From Bispira polyomma (lineage: Eukaryota), in contig OZ287757.1 in assembly GCA_965649765.1 (NCBI GenBank), forward strand, positions 30,504,001 through 30,568,000: a stretch of 64,000 nt of DNA. Reading direction: 5' to 3'. Shown piece by piece: positions 59,754-64,000 of this stretch. Made by a program: the position numbers and the translations under genes. Each line of letters opens with the position of its first letter. Within the stretch, counting starts at the first letter, position 1. A model generated the notes under the pieces. The model was not told the DNA's origin, made no database searches, and saw only the letters and a list, made by a program, of their open reading frames with translations.

Positions 59754-62700
59754 CTCCAGAAAAAGTAACCTGAAATAAGATACACTGTAGATTGATAGGT
59801 ATCAAACAGTCTCAGTGATTTTGAAGAAAGTGGCGATGAAGTGTTAAATTTGTTTAATTAACAATGAAACATATTTATATGTTTAGTTGCCCCAGAGCAA
59901 ATATATGTTTGACTTGATATGAAACATTAAACAAAACTTGAAAAGATTTATATTCTAATATATACAACTATGCTTTTCTATTAAAAATGTGTTTTGCCCA
60001 CTCGGCTATGGTAGTAGACATTATTTTGTAATTTGGTGGTTGTCGGACATCAAACATCCTGCCTCCAGCTTCAGTGTCCACTAAGTTTAAGCAAAGTATT
60101 GTTGCTACTACAACCATTACATCTACAGGTATTTTGGGTCAGTGACTTCACTGGTAATGCATGCTTTAAAAAGACATATAAAATAAAATGTCATTTGTTA
60201 TAGCACACTTATACAACATAGGGTAATTTCAAATACGCTTCCTCATGGGCAGCCACTATGAGCGTCGAGGCTTGTTTGAGGATGGCCATTTATAAAAATC
60301 CACAATGATCTTAATCTGCAACTGGAGATAGCAGTCGTTGACAGAGGACAGCCATTTTAAGTGGTCATACGAGCATATTGGGAAACTTGTGTTCACATCT
60401 TGCCCAAGGATGTTATCCCACAAAAAAAAACTATCAGTCAGTACCAGGAATAGACCCGGGCCGTTCTGATCATCAGATCAAATGGGCCTTTTCACTTTAG
60501 TCGTCATAACCATTCTGGTAGCCTTCCTGGTTATGACAACCATCCGTCTACCAATTTTAAATTTTTTGCTTAATGCTTAGGCTTTTTGCGCCTTAGAATT
60601 TGTTGTACAAAGACTAAAAAAGTACAACTAGATTAGATTAGATCAATGCCCTAACCATTAGGCATTTAAATTAAATCAGAAAATTATGTTCTCTTTCAAA
60701 ATGCAACAATCTGTTTTGCATTGTTTGCTCTGGAAATCTCAAATTTCAACGTTTATCGCTGGCAATTCTGTTTGGGCAGGCACATCCTCACTTCCAAATA
60801 TTGTCATTCGCTAGAAATAACATGATTGTCACTGCAAGTTTTTTACTTGGTAAGAACCACTGTAACTATTATGACTTTGATAGTCTGCTCTTTATAAATA
60901 CATAGAAATATTGAAATATTTGAGTAAACTTCAAGCATGCAAGGTTGTACCAACAAGCTGTGTCAACAAAACTACAAAACTTACAAGGAAATTATAATAA
61001 GCCTACTAAATACAATCACTATAACTTCTAAATAAGTCACAGGTTGCTTTTAAGTACAATATAAGTCTCCATAGTACACTTTCTCCATAGTACACTTTCA
61101 TAAACACTTCTCCTTTAATGTAATTAACAGTAATAATATTATGTTACTTGCAAAAGTAACAACTGTTTGGTTATGTGTAACCAATTTCATTAGGTAAAAT
61201 AGGAACACATTGATGCCCAGAACAAGGCAAGGCAAAAATAGTTTTGGTGGATTTGTACAATGCATTTTTTATAATAAGACTACATTATTTGCACACATTT
61301 ACACACACCTCTCATCTACAAAATAATTGTTTTAATCTTTCTTTACCTTCAGTTTCTACTGCAGGAGAGGATCCCAATGTCCAAAGTATCTTTTTTACAT
61401 ATTGGTGACTCCTTTATCAACAAACCATGTTTCAATCTTAATATGCAAATATATGAATTTATAAATATGTACCTTTTGTTTCCACCCAAAACATTAAATT
61501 ATTTGAACATTAACATTAAATTATTTGAAGATTAACATTAAATTATTTGAGCTGAATATTTAGTTTTAGTGACTTAAAAAAAACTACTCACCCCTGCTAT
61601 GTCAGATTTCTTCACAACACTAATACGGCTGCTGTAAACCACTTCTATATATACTCTGGCTGACGTCATGAGGATTTTTTTGCTATTTTAAAGTGTTATG
61701 TTTCGGTTTGTTCATGGGAGTCTTGGCAAGTCTCATGCTCGGCTATAATATGTAATTGTTTTCATCTTACATTACGATGTTACATATCAATACATAAATA
61801 AAACCTGTTGTGTTTTTCATATCTACACAATACCTCCGTTCTTTTTAGAAGTAATACTAAAAAGTACTAATTTGTAGGCTTTAACTGGTTTAATAATGTT
61901 TTAGTTCAAAGTCACCAAATGTACACTATTTTAAACCTGTACCTAAAATGGTGAAAACATGCTCAGATATAACATTGCTGTATTTTGTGTAGATTAATGA
62001 TTTTAATGGGTTTTTTTTATCACTTACTCGTTTTTGACCCTGAGATTCAACTGTGAAACCTGTGCTGAGTATGCAACAAACTATCCCCACAAAAGCAATT
62101 TAAACTCACATTGGTGAGAGGCCAGTGACTGTGAGGCAGCTGATACCAGTCCATCATGGTACCATCACCAAAGAGTCCCATATTTGTAGAACATGTGGAG
62201 TTTTGTATATTAGATGAATACAAATACTACTACATGTAGTCAATGACCTAATTAATTTAAAGCTGTACTTCTTACGTTATTACTTAAAAGCAGTTCCACG
62301 TAAATGCCATTTGGTTGTGATGTAACTTAATGGTGTAGTGGGAACTCAGTCACCTTCGACTTCTGTAGTTGTGGGTTCAAATCTCAAATTGGATGTGCAA
62401 AAAAATGCAGTACACTATCCAAATGTTCTAGTTGTGCATGATGGCCGGGTTCCATTTCCACGACCTAAACTAGTGGTTTCCGGGCAATCTGTGCAACCTA
62501 TAATTTGCTGTCGGCAACACTGGTTTGTAGCATTTGCCAGCATCCAAGTTGCTTTCTCAACTCAACCCCAGCTCAATTACAACTTTCTCTTTGTCCACCC
62601 ATGTTATGATCATGCTGTGCGCGACCTTTGCAGAAATTAAGTTTATACCAAATTTCAAAAAGGGGGATAGTGAGGTGCAGTGGTCCACCTTTAAAATATA

Positions 62701-63469
62701 TTGAGACAATAAATTTGGGCTTGTTATGTTCAGATTTGCTTATTTGAATATTTAAATTGCATATTAATTACACTTTAAATATCTAGGTTATCAGATTTAA
62801 TTATTTTTTTATGTTTAAGTAATTTGGTGAAAACTTTGGTCGACATAATTCAAAACACTTAGATATAAAATATCAAGGGCCACATATTAATAGCACTTGA
62901 ATTGTCTGGGTGTTTGCATGTATTCTATCTTAAGTGTGGGTAATTTATTCAGCACTTAATTGTGCAAGAATATATACTTCAATATTACAAAAAAAATGCT
63001 TTTTATTTTTTAACGAATATTACATAAAAAGTACCATTGTTTACTGTAAAGTAAAGATCAATGACTTTCTTGAATCTGAATGAGGTAAGCCCATGCCGAA
63101 AACGTAAGCTTTGCAGCATGGTAAATGCTTCTACATTCCTTTTGCAGTGAAAGTAAAGAGGAGAGTGTTAGACTTAAGCTTAAGGCCAGACTAAAAGTGG
63201 TTTGTTCATATAACTCTGCAGACCATTAAATAGAACAGGCTCTTTAGTATCATACAGTGAGAGTGACAAATGAGTTCAGAAAAGTTCAGATACCAGAACT
63301 TTACTGTATATTTTCGCTATTTTATGCACTCTGGCTAAAATATGTGAGAGTAAGAAATCTAAAATTTGCCACTGTATCTGAAATTCGCCACCCTAAAGTT
63401 TTAAAGCCAAAGCTCTCTTCTTTTCACTATGTACACCACTCCCCTTAGTAAAAAATCTATCAGTTTACG

Positions 63470-64000
63470 GTCACTCATTACAGGTATACTGATGACACAC
63501 AAATATACCTAGTGCTAGATGCAAGAAACTTTGACTCTACCCTATCAGAGTTGGCAAAATTCCTCAAAGTTGTGCACACATGGATGAAAAGCATCAAGCT
63601 TAAACTCAAACCCAACAAATCTGAATTTATTACTATATGTAACAATGCTACTTAAGACAGTTTCAAACCATCTTTCCCATCAGTCTCCTAAACAACAATA
63701 TGTCCCCATAAAGTAAAGATAAAAACCTTAGTGTTCTCTTCGACCAAGACAACTCATACAGTAGTCGTGTGGTCAGTGTATGCCGGGCCTTCTACTACCA
63801 TCTATGTAATCTTCGCAGAATATGCAGGTATATCAGTCTCGAAACTGCATTTCAGGTGTCTAACGCAATGGTCAGCAGTCGGCTGGACTATTGCAAATCC
63901 TTGCTGTACAGTATAAATAAGGTTAATATAACAATGCTCCAAATAGTCCAAAATGCCCTCTGTAGTATTGTGTACAAGCTTCAGCCATGTCTCACCTTAC
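63470..64000 (+). mobile_element. Decayed L2/CR1 RT fragment running off the window
   Basis: YTDDTQIY, WMKSIKLKLKPNKSEFI, SSRLDYC, LQIVQNA motifs. Confidence 0.88.

Noticed and set aside
61346-61440. Candidate upstream exon of the host gene (donor GAAG|gtaaag on the minus strand)
   Set aside because: Stops in all three frames; at most a 5' UTR exon, which cannot be supported without RNA data.
62338-62640. 100-aa ORF, possibly an antisense transposase remnant
   Set aside because: No recognisable domain on either strand.

Overview
AT-rich, repeat-rich eukaryotic DNA with spliceosomal introns, most likely from an invertebrate animal (inference). The centrepiece is a complete 21,705-bp Polinton/Maverick (adintovirus-type endogenous virus) at 4848-26552, bounded by 255-bp terminal inverted repeats starting AGTAGTAG and a perfect 6-bp target-site duplication (ACCCGG). 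It carries the core set: protein-primed PolB, adenain-like protease, major and minor capsid proteins, integrase with chromodomain, and packaging ATPase. Its accessory content is unusual and mostly hidden from the ORF track because the genes are spliced: a 4-exon PC4-like gene; two paralogous signal-peptide/LRRNT-like type I membrane proteins, one mucin-like and ending in ETDL; a PolB whose first 50 codons appear to lie in a leader exon 2.7 kb upstream, with an antisense gene nested in that intron; a NADAR/YbiA-like domain fused to the PolB C-terminus; a single-BIR IAP; and a second PC4-like gene. PolB, integrase and the spliced PC4-like gene carry stops or frameshifts. The flanks hold decayed Gypsy and L2/CR1 retroelements and MITEs. 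On the minus strand, 36.5-59.8 kb appears to be one host gene encoding a CARD-like death-fold domain, a linker built from tandemly amplified symmetric micro-exons carried in a ~3.78-kb tandem repeat, and a trypsin-like serine protease with an intact triad. The join between the linker and the protease could not be fully resolved. All gene models were read by eye; no database searches were run.
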